Of a stretch of 64,000 nt of DNA, positions 20,264 to 33,088 are shown in pieces. The position numbers and the translations under genes were made by a program. Within the stretch, counting starts at the first letter, position 1; each line of letters opens with the position of its first letter. A model generated the notes under the pieces. That model ran no database searches and was not told where the DNA came from. It was given only the letters and a program-made list of their open reading frames with translations. The stretch spans positions 1,152,001 to 1,216,000 of the forward strand of contig CBDESU010000001.1 of the NCBI GenBank assembly GCA_965242695.1, in the 5' to 3' direction. This stretch comes from Cenarchaeum sp. (GTDB taxonomy: Archaea > Thermoproteota > Nitrososphaeria > Nitrososphaerales > Nitrosopumilaceae).

Positions 20264-21619
20264 TTGAAGCACAGGAGGGTCGTCAGCCTCACGCAGGCGC
20301 TGACGGGGCAGGACCTGCAGGCCATAATCGAGGACCTGTGCGCCATCGTGCGCGAGTGGTACTCGGACTCGAGGCACGCCCCGCGGGCCATATCGGCCGC
20401 CTGCATCTCGGCCATCGAGCAGCTGTGCAGGCACCTCATCGCCCTGCAGCTGAGCAGGGACGACAGCACCATGCCCCGGACCCTGACGATCGACATCGTC
20501 AGCCTGGCGCGCGCCGCCGGCATGCCCCCGGCCGTCCTCGTCTCGTTTACGTACAACTTTCAGAGCGTCGAAGTTATCATAGAGGTCCTGCGCGGTCACG
20601 GCATCACCGACCCGTTCAAGGGCGACGAAAAGCTCAAGCGCGACTACGACGCCCTGGCCGCGTTCAGGCACGACCGCATCCACACGTCGACGTACAAGGG
20701 CCTCGACGGGCGGGCCGCGTACGGGACGACCGAGCGCCTCGCGTTCATCCTGCCGCAGGACTTTCCCGACACGGCGATCGACATGCGCCTGTTCCAGGGC
20801 GACGTGTTCAGGGGAATGCGCCTCTGGGAGATGTCGAAAAGGGGCTATGAAAAGGCGCTGGAATTGTGTATAGTGCAGGTTGCCGAGAATCCTAGCAGCG
20901 CCGAGGTGCACGCAAAGACGGGGCTGGCGCTCGCAGGGCTGGGGCGGCACGAGGAGGCTCTGGCTGCGTACGCCAATGCGATCGAGCTCGAGCCGGATCG
21001 CGCCGTCACGCACCTTGGCAGGGCCCAGGCGCTGGCAAAGATGGGCCGCGCCGAAGAGGCTCTGGCGGCGTACGGCCGAACCATTGAACTTGCCCCGTCC
21101 CTTGCAGAGGCGCACCTACGGCTGGGCCGCCTGCTGGCTAGAATGGGCCGCCACGGGGAGGCGCTGGCTGCGTGCGATAGGGCGCTAGGGATTGACAACG
21201 CAATGCACAGGGCGCACTTGCTCAGAGGCGACCTGCTTGCCGACATGGATCGCAACGACGAGGCGCTTGCGGCGTACGACATGTCGGTGGAACTGGCCCG
21301 GTACGACGAGGATGTCCATCTGCAGCGAGGTAGCCTGCTCGCAGAGATGGGCCGCACCGAGGAGGCGCTGGCTGCGTACGACAGGGCAATCAGGCTGGAC
21401 GGCACTTACGCCGAGGCGCATGTCCGCAAGGCAGAACTGCTTGCGGCGCTTGGTAGCACCGACGATGCCCTGTACTTTTACAACAGGGCCATCGATCTAG
21501 ACCCACACTTCGCATATGCACTTGCCGGCAAGGGGGGCATCCTGGCGCGCATGGGCCGCGCCGCAGAGTCAGCTGAATGCCACAGAGCGGCGAACCGCAT
21601 AGATCCTGGCCGCTACTAG
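20264..21619 (+). CDS. HEPN-like domain + ~7 TPR repeats, copy 1
   Basis: TTTAATA at 20234 and in-frame TTG 30 nt later. N-terminal domain has ISAIEQLCR, YNFQS and RHDRIH (RxxxxH). Canonical 34-aa TPRs follow. Confidence 0.85.
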   Translation: MKHRRVVSLTQALTGQDLQAIIEDLCAIVREWYSDSRHAPRAISAACISAIEQLCRHLIALQLSRDDSTMPRTLTIDIVSLARAAGMPPAVLVSFTYNFQSVEVIIEVLRGHGITDPFKGDEKLKRDYDALAAFRHDRIHTSTYKGLDGRAAYGTTERLAFILPQDFPDTAIDMRLFQGDVFRGMRLWEMSKRGYEKALELCIVQVAENPSSAEVHAKTGLALAGLGRHEEALAAYANAIELEPDRAVTHLGRAQALAKMGRAEEALAAYGRTIELAPSLAEAHLRLGRLLARMGRHGEALAACDRALGIDNAMHRAHLLRGDLLADMDRNDEALAAYDMSVELARYDEDVHLQRGSLLAEMGRTEEALAAYDRAIRLDGTYAEAHVRKAELLAALGSTDDALYFYNRAIDLDPHFAYALAGKGGILARMGRAAESAECHRAANRIDPGRY

Positions 21620-21690
21620 GCGCGCGGCGTCGTACCAGCGGGATGCCCAACGCACATCCCGCAACCCGTCTGTGGTACCTACACATACAC

Positions 21691-21712
21691 ACAAAAAAAG
21701 AAACAAAGAAAA
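21691..21712 (-). terminator. Oligo-T terminator-like tract of the small ORF (also at 23571-23590 and 27633-27664)
   Basis: A-rich runs on the plus strand between the convergent stop codons in all three units. Confidence 0.55.
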
Positions 21713-21739
21713 CCCAGAGCTGCCAATGGGTGCCCCGCG

Positions 21740-21934
21740 CTAGGGAATCTCATCAAGGCTTGCCTGCCACCGGCGCTCTTCGTACTCTTTTCGACCAATC
21801 TTTCGGAGATCCTCCAGCGACATGCTGTTCAAGCGTGCCGCCCGCTCCCAGTCCTCGGGCGTCAGCTTGGCCCTAGCCTCGGCGTCCAGCCTCTCAAGGT
21901 ACTCGGACTTGCCGCTTTCCGTTCCGTCTACCAT
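21740..21934 (-). CDS. Small acidic helical protein (64 aa), convergent partner A
   Basis: MVDGTESGKSEYLERLDAE...SLDEIP. TTTATAA 29 nt upstream, a T-rich tract after the stop, and three paralogues with conserved start and stop. Confidence 0.78.
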   Translation of the reverse strand: MVDGTESGKSEYLERLDAEARAKLTPEDWERAARLNSMSLEDLRKIGRKEYEERRWQASLDEIP

Positions 21935-22152
21935 GAGGGGCCCGCACAAGGCCCTCTTATAAAGATTCCATGCGCATCTTCCCCGCATGCCGGCGCTAGC
22001 CGTCCCTGACATGACCTCCAACCAAATGTCATCCCCCCCCTCCACGCGATCGCGCCCCGCGCCCGCCATGCCGTCCGGGCGTCTTGAATGTCCAAGTGTG
22101 CGCCACAGGCTCCGACCCACAAGCCAGTCCTTCAACACTGCAATGCTTCGTC

Positions 22153-23508
22153 ATGCGAGCAGAGAGGGCCGCCAATGCCACTCCGTCGCTGACGGGGCAG
22201 GACCTGCAGGCCATAATCGAGGACCTGTGCGCCGTCGTGCGCGAGTGGTACTCGGACTCGAGGCACGCCCCGCGGGCCATATCGGCCGCCTGCATCTCTG
22301 CCATCGAGCAGCTGTGCAGGCACCTCATCGCCCTGCAGCTGAGCAGGGACGACAGCACCATGCCCCGGACCCTGACGATCGACATCGTCAGCCTGGCGCG
22401 CGCCGCCGGCATGCCCCCGGCCGTCCTCGTCTCGTTTACGTACAACTTTCAGAGCGTCGAAGTCATTATCGAGGTGCTACGCGGTCACGGCATCACCGAC
22501 CCGTTCAAGGGCGACGAAAAGCTCAAGCGCGACTACGACGCCCTGGCCGCGTTCAGGCACGACCGCATCCACACGTCGACGTACAAGGGCCTCGACGGGC
22601 GGGCCGCGTACGGGACGACCGAGCGCCTCGCGTTCATCCTGCCGCAGGACTTTCCCGACACGGCGATCGACATGCGCCTGTTCCAGGGCGACGTGTTCAG
22701 GGGAATGCGCCTCTGGGAGATGTCGAAAAGGGGCTATGAAAAGGCGCTGGAGCTGTGCGTGGTGCAGGTCGCCGAGAGCCCGGACAGCGCCGAGGTGCAT
22801 GCAAAGACGGGGCTGGCGCTGGCAGGGCTGGGACGGCACGAGGAGGCGCTGGCATCGTACGCCAAGGCGATCGAGCTCGAGCCGGAGCGCGCCGTCACGT
22901 ACCTTGGCAGGGCCCAGACTCTTGCAAGCACAGGCCGCAACGAGGAGGCTCTGGCAGCGTACGGCCGAACCATTGAACTTGCCCCGTCCCTGGCAGAGGC
23001 GCACCTGCGCAGGGGCGAGCTGCTAGCAAGTATGGGCCGTGTCGAGGAGGCGCTGGCATCGTGCGACACGGCGCTCGGCATCGACGATGCGATGCACAGG
23101 GCGCACCTACTCAGGGGAGGCATGCTCGCTCAGATGGGCCGTAGCGACGAGGCGCTTGCGGCGTACGACATGTCGGTGGAACTGGCCCGGTACGACGAGG
23201 ATACCCATCTGCAGAGGGGAGGCCTGCTAGCGAAGATGGGCCGCGCCGATGAAGCGCTTGTAGCATACGACAGGGCAATCAGGCTGGACGACACGTACGC
23301 CGAAGGATACTGTCGAAAAGGAGATCTGCTTGCGACTCTCGGCCGCACCGACGATGCCCTGTACTTTTACAACAGGGCTATCGATCTCGACCCGCGCTTT
23401 GCATATGCGCTGGCAGGCAAGGGGAGCATCCTAGCGCGCATGGGCCGCGCAGCCGAGTCCGACGAGTGCCGCGAGGCTGCACACAGCATAGACCCCGGCC
23501 GTTACTAG
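22153..23508 (+). CDS. HEPN-like domain + ~7 TPR repeats, copy 2
   Basis: Paralogue of copy 1 with a different extreme N-terminus (MRAERAANATPSLTGQD). RHDRIH is intact. No clear TATA box. Confidence 0.83.
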   Translation: MRAERAANATPSLTGQDLQAIIEDLCAVVREWYSDSRHAPRAISAACISAIEQLCRHLIALQLSRDDSTMPRTLTIDIVSLARAAGMPPAVLVSFTYNFQSVEVIIEVLRGHGITDPFKGDEKLKRDYDALAAFRHDRIHTSTYKGLDGRAAYGTTERLAFILPQDFPDTAIDMRLFQGDVFRGMRLWEMSKRGYEKALELCVVQVAESPDSAEVHAKTGLALAGLGRHEEALASYAKAIELEPERAVTYLGRAQTLASTGRNEEALAAYGRTIELAPSLAEAHLRRGELLASMGRVEEALASCDTALGIDDAMHRAHLLRGGMLAQMGRSDEALAAYDMSVELARYDEDTHLQRGGLLAKMGRADEALVAYDRAIRLDDTYAEGYCRKGDLLATLGRTDDALYFYNRAIDLDPRFAYALAGKGSILARMGRAAESDECREAAHSIDPGRY

Positions 23509-23620
23509 GCGCGCGGCGGCGTGCTAGCTAGGTACCTAGTGCACACCTGCTAATCCACTCATGCACCGATACAAAAAAAAAACAAAAATAGAGAGTAGAG
23601 TCGCCGGCGCATGCCACATG

Positions 23621-23803
23621 CTAGGGAATCTCGGCGAACCTTTCTTTCCACCGGCGCTCTTCGTACTCCTTTCGTCCAATCTCGTGGAGTTCCTCCAGCG
23701 ACATGTTCCTCAGGCGTGCCACGTGCACCCTGTTTTCGGGCGCCACTCCGGCCATGTCTTCCGCGTCCAAGCCCTCGGACTTGCCTTCTTTTCCATCCAC
23801 CAT
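23621..23803 (-). CDS. Small acidic protein (60 aa), convergent partner B
   Basis: MVDGKEGKSEGLDAED...RFAEIP. TTATAAA at 23825-23831. Confidence 0.75.
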   Translation of the reverse strand: MVDGKEGKSEGLDAEDMAGVAPENRVHVARLRNMSLEELHEIGRKEYEERRWKERFAEIP

Positions 23804-23985
23804 GCAGGGCCCGCACAAGGCCCCTTTATAAGGATTCCATACGCCTGTTCCCGCATGCTCGCGCAGGCTGTTCATTGACATGCCCCGCCTCTGGCCAAAC
23901 GCCTTCCAGTCGATCACACCCTGCTTCCACTGCCTGCTCGTGCACCGCAAGGGTCCAAGTGTGCGCCGCGGGCGCCCGCCCACAA

Positions 23986-26179
<2,194 letters not shown>

Positions 26180-26213
26180 CACAAGCCGATCTTCAGCACT
26201 GCGCGATCTCGTC

Positions 26214-27569
26214 CTGAAGCACACGGGGGCCCACAGCCCCGCGCCACCGCCGACGGGGCAGGACCTGCAGGCCATAATCGAGGACCTGTGCGCCGTCGTG
26301 CGCGAGTGGTACTCGGACTCGAGGCACGCCCCGCGGGCCATATCGGCCGCCTGCATCTCGGCCATCGAGCAGCTGTGCAGGCACCTCATCGCCCTGCAGC
26401 TGAGCAGGGACGACAGCACCATGCCCCGGACCCTGACGATCGACATCGTCAGCCTGGCGCGCGCCGCCGGCATGCCCCCGGCCGTCCTCGTCTCGTTTAC
26501 GTACAACTTTCAGAGCGTCGAGGTCATCATAGAGGTGCTGCGCGGTCACGGCATCACCGACCCGTTCAAGGGCGACGAAAAGCTCAAGCGCGACTACGAC
26601 GCCCTGGCCGCGTTCAGGCACGACCGCATCCACACGTCGACGTACGAGGGCCTCGACGGGCCCGCCGCGTACGGGACGACCGAGCGCCTCGCGTTCATCC
26701 TGCCGCAGGACTTTCCCGACACGGCGATCGACATGCGCCTGTTCCAGGGCGACACGTTCAGGAGAATGCGCCTCTGGGAGATGTCGAAAAGGGGCTATGA
26801 AAAGGCGCTGGAGCTGTGCGTTGTACAGGTCGCCGAGAGCCCGGACAGTGCCGAGGTGCATTCAAAGACGGGGCTGGCGCTCGCCGGCCTGGGGCGGTAC
26901 GAGGAGGCGCTGGCATCGTACGCCAAGGCGATCGAGCTCGAGCCGGATCGCGCCGTCACGCACCTTGGCAGGGCCCAGGCGCTGGCAAAGATGGGCCACG
27001 GCGAGGAGGCGCTTGCGGCGTACGACCGCACGGTCGAGCTTGCCCCGTCCCTCGCAGAGGCGCACCTGCGCAGGGCTGACCTGCTGGCCGGCATGGGCCG
27101 ACACGAAGAGGCGCTGTCCTCGTGCGACACGGCGCTCGGCATCGACGATGCGATGCACAGGGCTCACCTGCTAAGGGGCGACATCTTGGCGGGCATGGGC
27201 CGCGAAGACGAGGCCATGGCCGCGTACGACAAGTCTGTTGAACTGGCCCGGTACGACGAGGATGTGCATCTGCAGCGGGGCGACCTACTAGCGCAGATGG
27301 GCCGCGCCGATGATGCGCTGGCCTCGTACGACCGGGCAATCAGGCTGGACGACGGGTACGCCGAAGCGCACGCCCGCAAGGCAAAGCTACTTGCGGCTCT
27401 CGGCCGCACCGACGATTCCCTGTACTTTTACAACAGGGCCATAGAGATCAACCCCCGCTACGCCCGCGCGCTTGCCGGCAAGGGGAGCGTCCTAGCGCGC
27501 ATGGGCAGAACCGCCGAGTCTGCCGAGTGCCACAGGGCAGCGCATGTTTTGGATGCCGGCAGATACTAG
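26214..27569 (+). CDS. HEPN-like domain + ~7 TPR repeats, copy 3 (start position is CTG; IS immediately upstream)
   Basis: Open frame from CTG 26214. Context tcgtcCTG matches tcgtcATG of copy 2. RHDRIH is intact. Confidence 0.75.
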   Translation: MKHTGAHSPAPPPTGQDLQAIIEDLCAVVREWYSDSRHAPRAISAACISAIEQLCRHLIALQLSRDDSTMPRTLTIDIVSLARAAGMPPAVLVSFTYNFQSVEVIIEVLRGHGITDPFKGDEKLKRDYDALAAFRHDRIHTSTYEGLDGPAAYGTTERLAFILPQDFPDTAIDMRLFQGDTFRRMRLWEMSKRGYEKALELCVVQVAESPDSAEVHSKTGLALAGLGRYEEALASYAKAIELEPDRAVTHLGRAQALAKMGHGEEALAAYDRTVELAPSLAEAHLRRADLLAGMGRHEEALSSCDTALGIDDAMHRAHLLRGDILAGMGREDEAMAAYDKSVELARYDEDVHLQRGDLLAQMGRADDALASYDRAIRLDDGYAEAHARKAKLLAALGRTDDSLYFYNRAIEINPRYARALAGKGSVLARMGRTAESAECHRAAHVLDAGRY

Positions 27570-27692
27570 ACGACCGGCGCTCAACCGCATCCCCAATGCA
27601 CGTCCAGCGACCCATCCATGCCGTGTACCAGCAAGAAACAAAATGAGAATAAAAACAAAAAAAAGCTCCGAGAGATGCCCGCGTGCCCGCCG

Positions 27693-27887
27693 CTAGGGAA
27701 TCTCGGCAAAGCTTTCTTGGAGCCGGCGCTCTTCATCGGCCTTTCGGCCAATCTCATCTAGCTCTTCCAGCGACATGCTGTTCAAGCGGGCCGCCCGCTC
27801 CCAGTCCTCGGGCGTCAGCTTGGCTCTAGCCTCGGCATCCAGCCTATCAAGGTACTCGGACTTGCCGCTTTCCATTCCGTCGACCAT
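27693..27887 (-). CDS. Small acidic protein (64 aa), convergent partner C
   Basis: MVDGMESGKSEYLDRLDAE...SFAEIP. TTATAAA upstream at ~27909-27915. Confidence 0.78.
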   Translation of the reverse strand: MVDGMESGKSEYLDRLDAEARAKLTPEDWERAARLNSMSLEELDEIGRKADEERRLQESFAEIP

Positions 27888-28095
27888 GAGGGGCCCGCAC
27901 AAGGCCCCTTTATAAGGATTCCGTGTCCTGTGCTCGGCTCAGGTGCCGGCCGGAGCATACGGCCCCCAATTCTTTGACAATGCCTCGCCACCGGCCGATT
28001 GCGCCCTGCGCCCGTTGTGTCGTTCACGCATCCCGAAGGTCTACCGTGCGCTGCCGGCGCCGGCCACAGACCGATCTTCACTGCGTTGTTTCGCT

Positions 28096-28630
28096 ATGCC
28101 GAAACAGAGAAAAGTCGTCAGCCTCACGCAGGCGCTGACGGGGCAGGATCTGCAGGCCATAATCGAGGACCTGTGCGCCATCGTGCGTGAGTGGTACTCG
28201 GACTCGAGGCATGCCCCGCGGGCCATATCGGCCGCCTGCATCTCGGCCATCGAGCAGCTGTGCAGGCACCTCATCGCCCTGCAGCTTAGCAGGGACGGCA
28301 GCACCGTGCCCCAGACCCTGACGATCGACATCGTCAGCATGCACCGCGCCGCCGGCATGCCCCCGGCCGTCCTCGTCTCGTTCGCGTACAACTTTCAGGG
28401 CGTCGAGGTCATCATAGAGGTGCTGCGCGGGCACGGCATCGGCGACCCGTTCAGGGGCAAGGAGTGGCCGAAGCGCGACTATGGCATCCTGGTAGAGTTC
28501 AGGCACGGCCGCATCCACACGTCGACGTACAAGGACTTTAACAGGCCCGCCGCGTGCGAGACGGCAGGGATCCTCGCAGTCAGGCCGCCGCGGCAGTTTC
28601 CCGACATGCTCATCGACATGCGCCTGCTGC
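28096..28630 (+). pseudogene. Truncated copy 4: HEPN-like domain only, TPRs lost
   Basis: MPKQRKVVSLTQALTGQD...RHGRIH...IDMRL, then similarity ends. The frame runs through GC-rich sequence (32-bp direct repeat 28711/28783) to a stop at 29010. Confidence 0.72.
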
Positions 28631-29506
28631 ACGGTACGCCGGCCCATGGGCAATCTGCTCGCATGCAGGGGCCGCGCAGGGACCGGCCGCGTGCGGCAGC
28701 GCAGGGTCGCGACGGCGGGCGCGCAGGGGCGCGCGCCCGCAGCCGTCGCCCGCGACTTCGAATGAGCCGCCCCGACAACCCGGACGGCGGGCGCGCAGGG
28801 GCGCGCGCCCGCAGGGCCTGCCGTCCGCGGCGCCCGGCCGCGCCGAGTCGCCCCCCTCCCTCGTTTTTTGTGCGCTCGCAGGCCGCGCGGCGTGCATTCA
28901 GGTTCAAGGCGATCGCCGCCCATGGTGGGCGAGGGGGGCAGGACGCCGAGGGGAGGGGCGGCCGTGCTAGGCATGCATGCCCATGGATGCCAGACTCGGG
29001 CATCATCTAGCATGGCAGGGTGCAGAACGGCCGGCGGGTGGAGGCGAACGCATCCGGCCCGCAGCACCCGCCGCATCGGAGGCGGCGCGGCGCACGTCCA
29101 CGAACGTGCGGTACGTGCCGGCGATGCCAGAGGCCGTCACTGCCGGATCGGACACGCCAAGCTTGGCGACGGCAAGCGAGGCCGCATGGCCCTCGGCCTC
29201 GTACGTGCAGGCGGCAGAGCCGGCCGGTGCGGACGGCACGGCATTCCACTCCGCCGCAAGGCCGCCGATCTCGCCGGAGGCGGCCGGATCGCCGGGCGGG
29301 GGGGCGCATCCGGATGCGGGCGGCGCGGCGGCGGATCGCAGCGATTGGGCTGCGCCGCCGCCGCATGCGGAATTGCGGCTGCGGCATGGGGCGCCCCGCG
29401 CGCACTGCGATGCGCTGCGCCAAGCCGCGCGCCCGGGCCGTCCCGCGCCGCGCCGGCGCCCGGATACGTGCACCGCTTTTAATGCAGGCCGCATCGCCGG
29501 CTGCAA

Positions 29507-29959
29507 ATGCAGAGGCTCTACATCGGGCTGGCCGCAGCCGGCGCCGCGGCCGCTGCCGCAGGCGCGTTCGGAGGGCTCGCCATGTGGGGCGAGGAGATCG
29601 GCCCGGCCGCGCACATGACCGACGAGGCGCGCCATGCAATGGCCGAGGCCGCCGCCTACGAGCAGGGCGCCGCGGCCCTGCGCGCCGACCTCGAGGCGTT
29701 CGCCTCCGACATGCCGCCCGGCCTGCCCGGCGAACCAGGCGAGCACGAGGCATACCTGGCAGCCAACCGGGATGTGGCTCGGGCCGCCGAGGAGTATGCG
29801 GCGGCAATGCGGGCCGCCTCCGCCGACGGCAGGATATCGAGCGGCGAGGACACGGCGATACGGGCCGCGGATGCGGCATTCCTGCGCGCCGAGCTCGAGG
29901 CGGAAGCGGCGCTCCTCGACTCGCCCGCCGGCCACATGGCAGAGGCCGGCGAGACGTAG
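29507..29959 (+). CDS. Small acidic Ala-rich protein with N-terminal signal/anchor
   Basis: TTTTAAT ~30 nt upstream and a hydrophobic N-terminus MQRLYIGLAAAGAAAAAAGAFGG. Confidence 0.7.
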   Translation: MQRLYIGLAAAGAAAAAAGAFGGLAMWGEEIGPAAHMTDEARHAMAEAAAYEQGAAALRADLEAFASDMPPGLPGEPGEHEAYLAANRDVARAAEEYAAAMRAASADGRISSGEDTAIRAADAAFLRAELEAEAALLDSPAGHMAEAGET

Positions 29960-30133
29960 GAGGGGGAGGCTCCCGGCGCAGCCGCGCCCCATGCGCGCCT
30001 GCCAGGGCCGGACGGCCTCGTACGAGGATGCCGCCCGCCTCCCCCCCCCCAAAGGCCAGGTCAAAAAAAGTTGACCGCTTGTGAGGATTTTCCGGCCCCA
30101 TACACTCTTAAGCGCACGGTCGCTAGCAGGGGG

Positions 30134-30286
30134 TTGGTTGTGACGGAAGAGGAGAGGGAAAGGGCGAGAAGGCTGTACGGGGGCGACGTTCCTGCGAAGA
30201 TACATATAGTAGACCTTGGCTTTAGGATCGAAAATACGACCATCTCTAAGATACGCGCCCTGTATCCAGAGAAGCGGCAGAAGTGA
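30134..30286 (+). CDS. Hypothetical ~50-aa protein
   Basis: CTTAAG box at ~30107. TEEERERARRLYGGDVPAKIHIVDLGFRIENTTISK has protein-like composition. Start uncertain (TTG 30134 or GTG 30140). Confidence 0.5.
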   Translation: MVVTEEERERARRLYGGDVPAKIHIVDLGFRIENTTISKIRALYPEKRQK

Positions 30287-30327
30287 GCGTCGGGTCGCCC
30301 CACTCCCTGCCCCGCCGTCCCGCCCGA

Positions 30328-31401
30328 CTAGGTGGCAAAAATGTACAGCGCCAACGCAATAGGCACGAGGTACAGGGGAAGAAGGCCGTTGCGGATGTAC
30401 GCGTCGTCTATGAAGCGAGGGACGACCATGCTTGTCGCCACCACAAACAGCAGGAGAGGCAGTTCGTGGCGCAGCAGTTCGTCAACTGCAGACCCGATCG
30501 GAGTGCCATCGGCGGCGACCAGTGGAGCCAGTCCCAGCGCTATGGACAGCGGCGAGAGCAGTGCGACCGCCGCGATCGGCAGTGCGAGGACGGACCGTTT
30601 TGGGCGAAGCGCATGGGACAGGACGGCGCCGCTTTGCCCGCGATCGACGTTGAACTGCACGCTTGTTTCCGAATCGTTGCAAAATATGGCGTAGCTGTTG
30701 TCCTTCCACGAGCCCATGGGTTTTTGGACATCGCCCTCTATCCTCGAGTACCTGCGCCTCACGATGTCGTAGTGTTCTGGCTTGCGGAGTATCCAAAACG
30801 CCGGAAAGGGAAGCTGGGACGGCACCTCAATCAAAATCGAGCCCCTATGCCAGCTGCGCGCGGCCGACAGCAGCCCGCCCCGTCCCTTGGAGTGGTCATA
30901 CTTTAGGTGTATAATGCGCACCTCGTTCGCCTGCAGGCGCTTGTGGGGCGGGATCTTTATCCACAGCAGGCGAATCTGGCGCTTGTTTATGGCATCCATG
31001 ATGCCGCCCGGGTCCGAACCAGGCTGGTCTGAGTATGCTCTAGTCCGGAGTATGTTACGAACGTCCTCGTTGGACAAGAGGGGATATTCTTCGCCGGACG
31101 AATCAACCACCCTCAGGCCAGGCAGGAAGTCCATAGAATGCAGCACGATGTTGTCGATCGCCTTGTCTCCGCACCGTATGGTAACCTCCGTGTCTATTTG
31201 CGTCACCTGGCCGTGCCTGTGATCAAGAAAGTTCCTTGTGCGCACGATCTCGTAGCGCCTGCCCTTGCCCACAGCCCGCGGCCACAGGCCAGGTATTTGC
31301 CCCTTCGGCAGACCGTAGTGGGGGAAGTGGTGCGGACGTGCCCCTTCTCCCCCCCTCTCCCCCGCCCGCTCCGCCTTGAGATGCTGATCCCACCGCCACA
31401 T
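30328..31401 (-). CDS. Hypothetical membrane protein: soluble N-terminal domain and ~3 C-terminal TM segments
   Basis: Protein-like part of ORF 30328..32001, with hydrophobic C-terminal stretches. Start uncertain. Confidence 0.72.
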   Translation of the reverse strand: MWRWDQHLKAERAGERGGEGARPHHFPHYGLPKGQIPGLWPRAVGKGRRYEIVRTRNFLDHRHGQVTQIDTEVTIRCGDKAIDNIVLHSMDFLPGLRVVDSSGEEYPLLSNEDVRNILRTRAYSDQPGSDPGGIMDAINKRQIRLLWIKIPPHKRLQANEVRIIHLKYDHSKGRGGLLSAARSWHRGSILIEVPSQLPFPAFWILRKPEHYDIVRRRYSRIEGDVQKPMGSWKDNSYAIFCNDSETSVQFNVDRGQSGAVLSHALRPKRSVLALPIAAVALLSPLSIALGLAPLVAADGTPIGSAVDELLRHELPLLLFVVATSMVVPRFIDDAYIRNGLLPLYLVPIALALYIFAT

Positions 31402-31569
31402 TCTGCCCTCAACCCTGCGGCCGACATGTATGTGCCCACTCTCCCGCCAGGCCACAAGGCGTGCCTCCGGCGCACATCTGATGGCACCGCTCGCAGATCG
31501 ACCTAGCCGCAGGGAGCAGCCCTGTGCCCCACCCCCACCCCCACCCTCCCTTCCGCCCCGCGCAGGCCC

Positions 31570-31583
31570 GCACCGCATAAATC
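31570..31583 (+). promoter_or_regulatory. Shared TPR-gene promoter motif GCAC(C/G/T)(G/C)CATAAATC
   Basis: Copies at 31570, 33053, 34603, 36233, 44480, 51512, 53122, 55886 and 58257, plus a variant at 45611. Each begins 35-36 nt before a start codon. Confidence 0.88.
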
Positions 31584-31605
31584 GGCCCCTCGGCGCCCGC
31601 GCGGC

Positions 31606-32820
31606 ATGGGCGGCGCGGGGGAGGGCAGCAGAGGCGGCGGCCGCATAGGCATAGAGATCGGCAGGGACGCAGGGAGCTCCAAGTGGATCGGCGCGCCGCA
31701 GGACATTGCATCCTGCGAGGACGCCGTCCGGCGCGATCCGGGAAGCTTTGGGGCCCGCATGGACCTGGCCGCGGCCCTGGCCGGCGCAGGGCGCGCCGAC
31801 GACGCGCTCGCCGAGCTCGACGCGGCGGCGCGGCTTGACGGGCCGCGCGTCGAGGCGATCGCCATGCGCGGCGCCGTCCTCATGGGCGCCTCGCGGCACG
31901 CCGAGGCCGTGGCCGCGTTCGAGGCGGCCGTCGAGTCCGACCCGGGCCGCGCGGCGTTCCACATGGGGCGCGCCGCCGCATGCGCCGAGCTCGGCAGGCA
32001 CGAGGAGGCGATCGAGTCGTTCGGAGAGGCCGCCCGGCGCGACCCGTCGAGCGCCGATGCCCGGGTGGGGCTCGGCAACGCGCTAGGGGGGGGGGCCGGC
32101 CTCGGCGACGAGGCGCTTGCGGCGTACGACAAGGCGCTGCGGGTCGACCCCGGCCACACGGCGGCGCACACGGCAAGGGGCCGGGCGCTGCTCGGGATGG
32201 GCAGGAACGAAGAGGCGCTTGCGGCGTTCACGAGCGCAGCCCGGCTCGATCCCGGGCTGGCAGAGGCGCACGCCGGGAGGGGCCGCGCGCTGATCGGGAG
32301 GGACATGCACAAGAGGGCGCTTGCGGCGTTCAAGAGGGCGGCCCGGCTCGATCCCGGAATGTACGAGGCGCGCGAGGGCATGGGCCGCGCGCTGCTCGGG
32401 ATGGGCGTGGACAGGAGGGCGCTTGCGGCGTTCAAGAGGGCGGCCCGGATCGAGCCGAGGCGGCCGGATGCCCACATCGGGTGGGGCTATGCGCTGATCG
32501 GGCTGAACTGGAACAAGAGGGCGCTTGCGGTGTTTTCAAGGGCCGTGGCGGCGGCCCCCGGCAACGGGCAGGCCCACTGCGGGCGCGCCGCGGCGCTGTA
32601 CTTTCTCGGCCGGCACAAGATGGCTCTCGCATCCATCGACATGGCGGTCAGCCTGGATCCGGGCTCGGCCGCCGCGCACCTTGGGCGCGGCCGGATACTG
32701 CATGCCCTGGGGCGGCGCGACGAGGGCGACGCCGAGATCGAGGAGGCAAAGAGGCGCCGAGCAGCATGGGGCGGGGCAGGCGGGAGCGCAGCGGGCAAGG
32801 GGGCGGAGGGGCAGGCATAG
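31606..32820 (+). CDS. TPR-repeat protein
   Basis: Tandem 34-aa TPRs and the shared promoter motif. Contains an in-frame G10 tract at 32086-32095. Confidence 0.9.
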   Translation: MGGAGEGSRGGGRIGIEIGRDAGSSKWIGAPQDIASCEDAVRRDPGSFGARMDLAAALAGAGRADDALAELDAAARLDGPRVEAIAMRGAVLMGASRHAEAVAAFEAAVESDPGRAAFHMGRAAACAELGRHEEAIESFGEAARRDPSSADARVGLGNALGGGAGLGDEALAAYDKALRVDPGHTAAHTARGRALLGMGRNEEALAAFTSAARLDPGLAEAHAGRGRALIGRDMHKRALAAFKRAARLDPGMYEAREGMGRALLGMGVDRRALAAFKRAARIEPRRPDAHIGWGYALIGLNWNKRALAVFSRAVAAAPGNGQAHCGRAAALYFLGRHKMALASIDMAVSLDPGSAAAHLGRGRILHALGRRDEGDAEIEEAKRRRAAWGGAGGSAAGKGAEGQA

Positions 32821-33088
32821 CGGCGGCGGCATGGAGGACTTCCGGCGGATCAGGCCCGGCGCCGGCGGCAGGGCACGGGCGGCGCCCGCCGGCGCGTGCA
32901 GGAACAACCCGCGGCGCCGAGAGAGGCCCGCTTCGGCGCATTTGATTCCCGGGCACCACGGCCGCGGGACGAGGGCGCCGGCAGGGCGGCACCACTGGTC
33001 TGCGCATCGCGCGCATACTCCCCTCGCGCCTGCCGCCCTCCGCCGGCCCTCCGCACCCCATAAATCCGCCCCGCCCGGCGGCGGGCGC

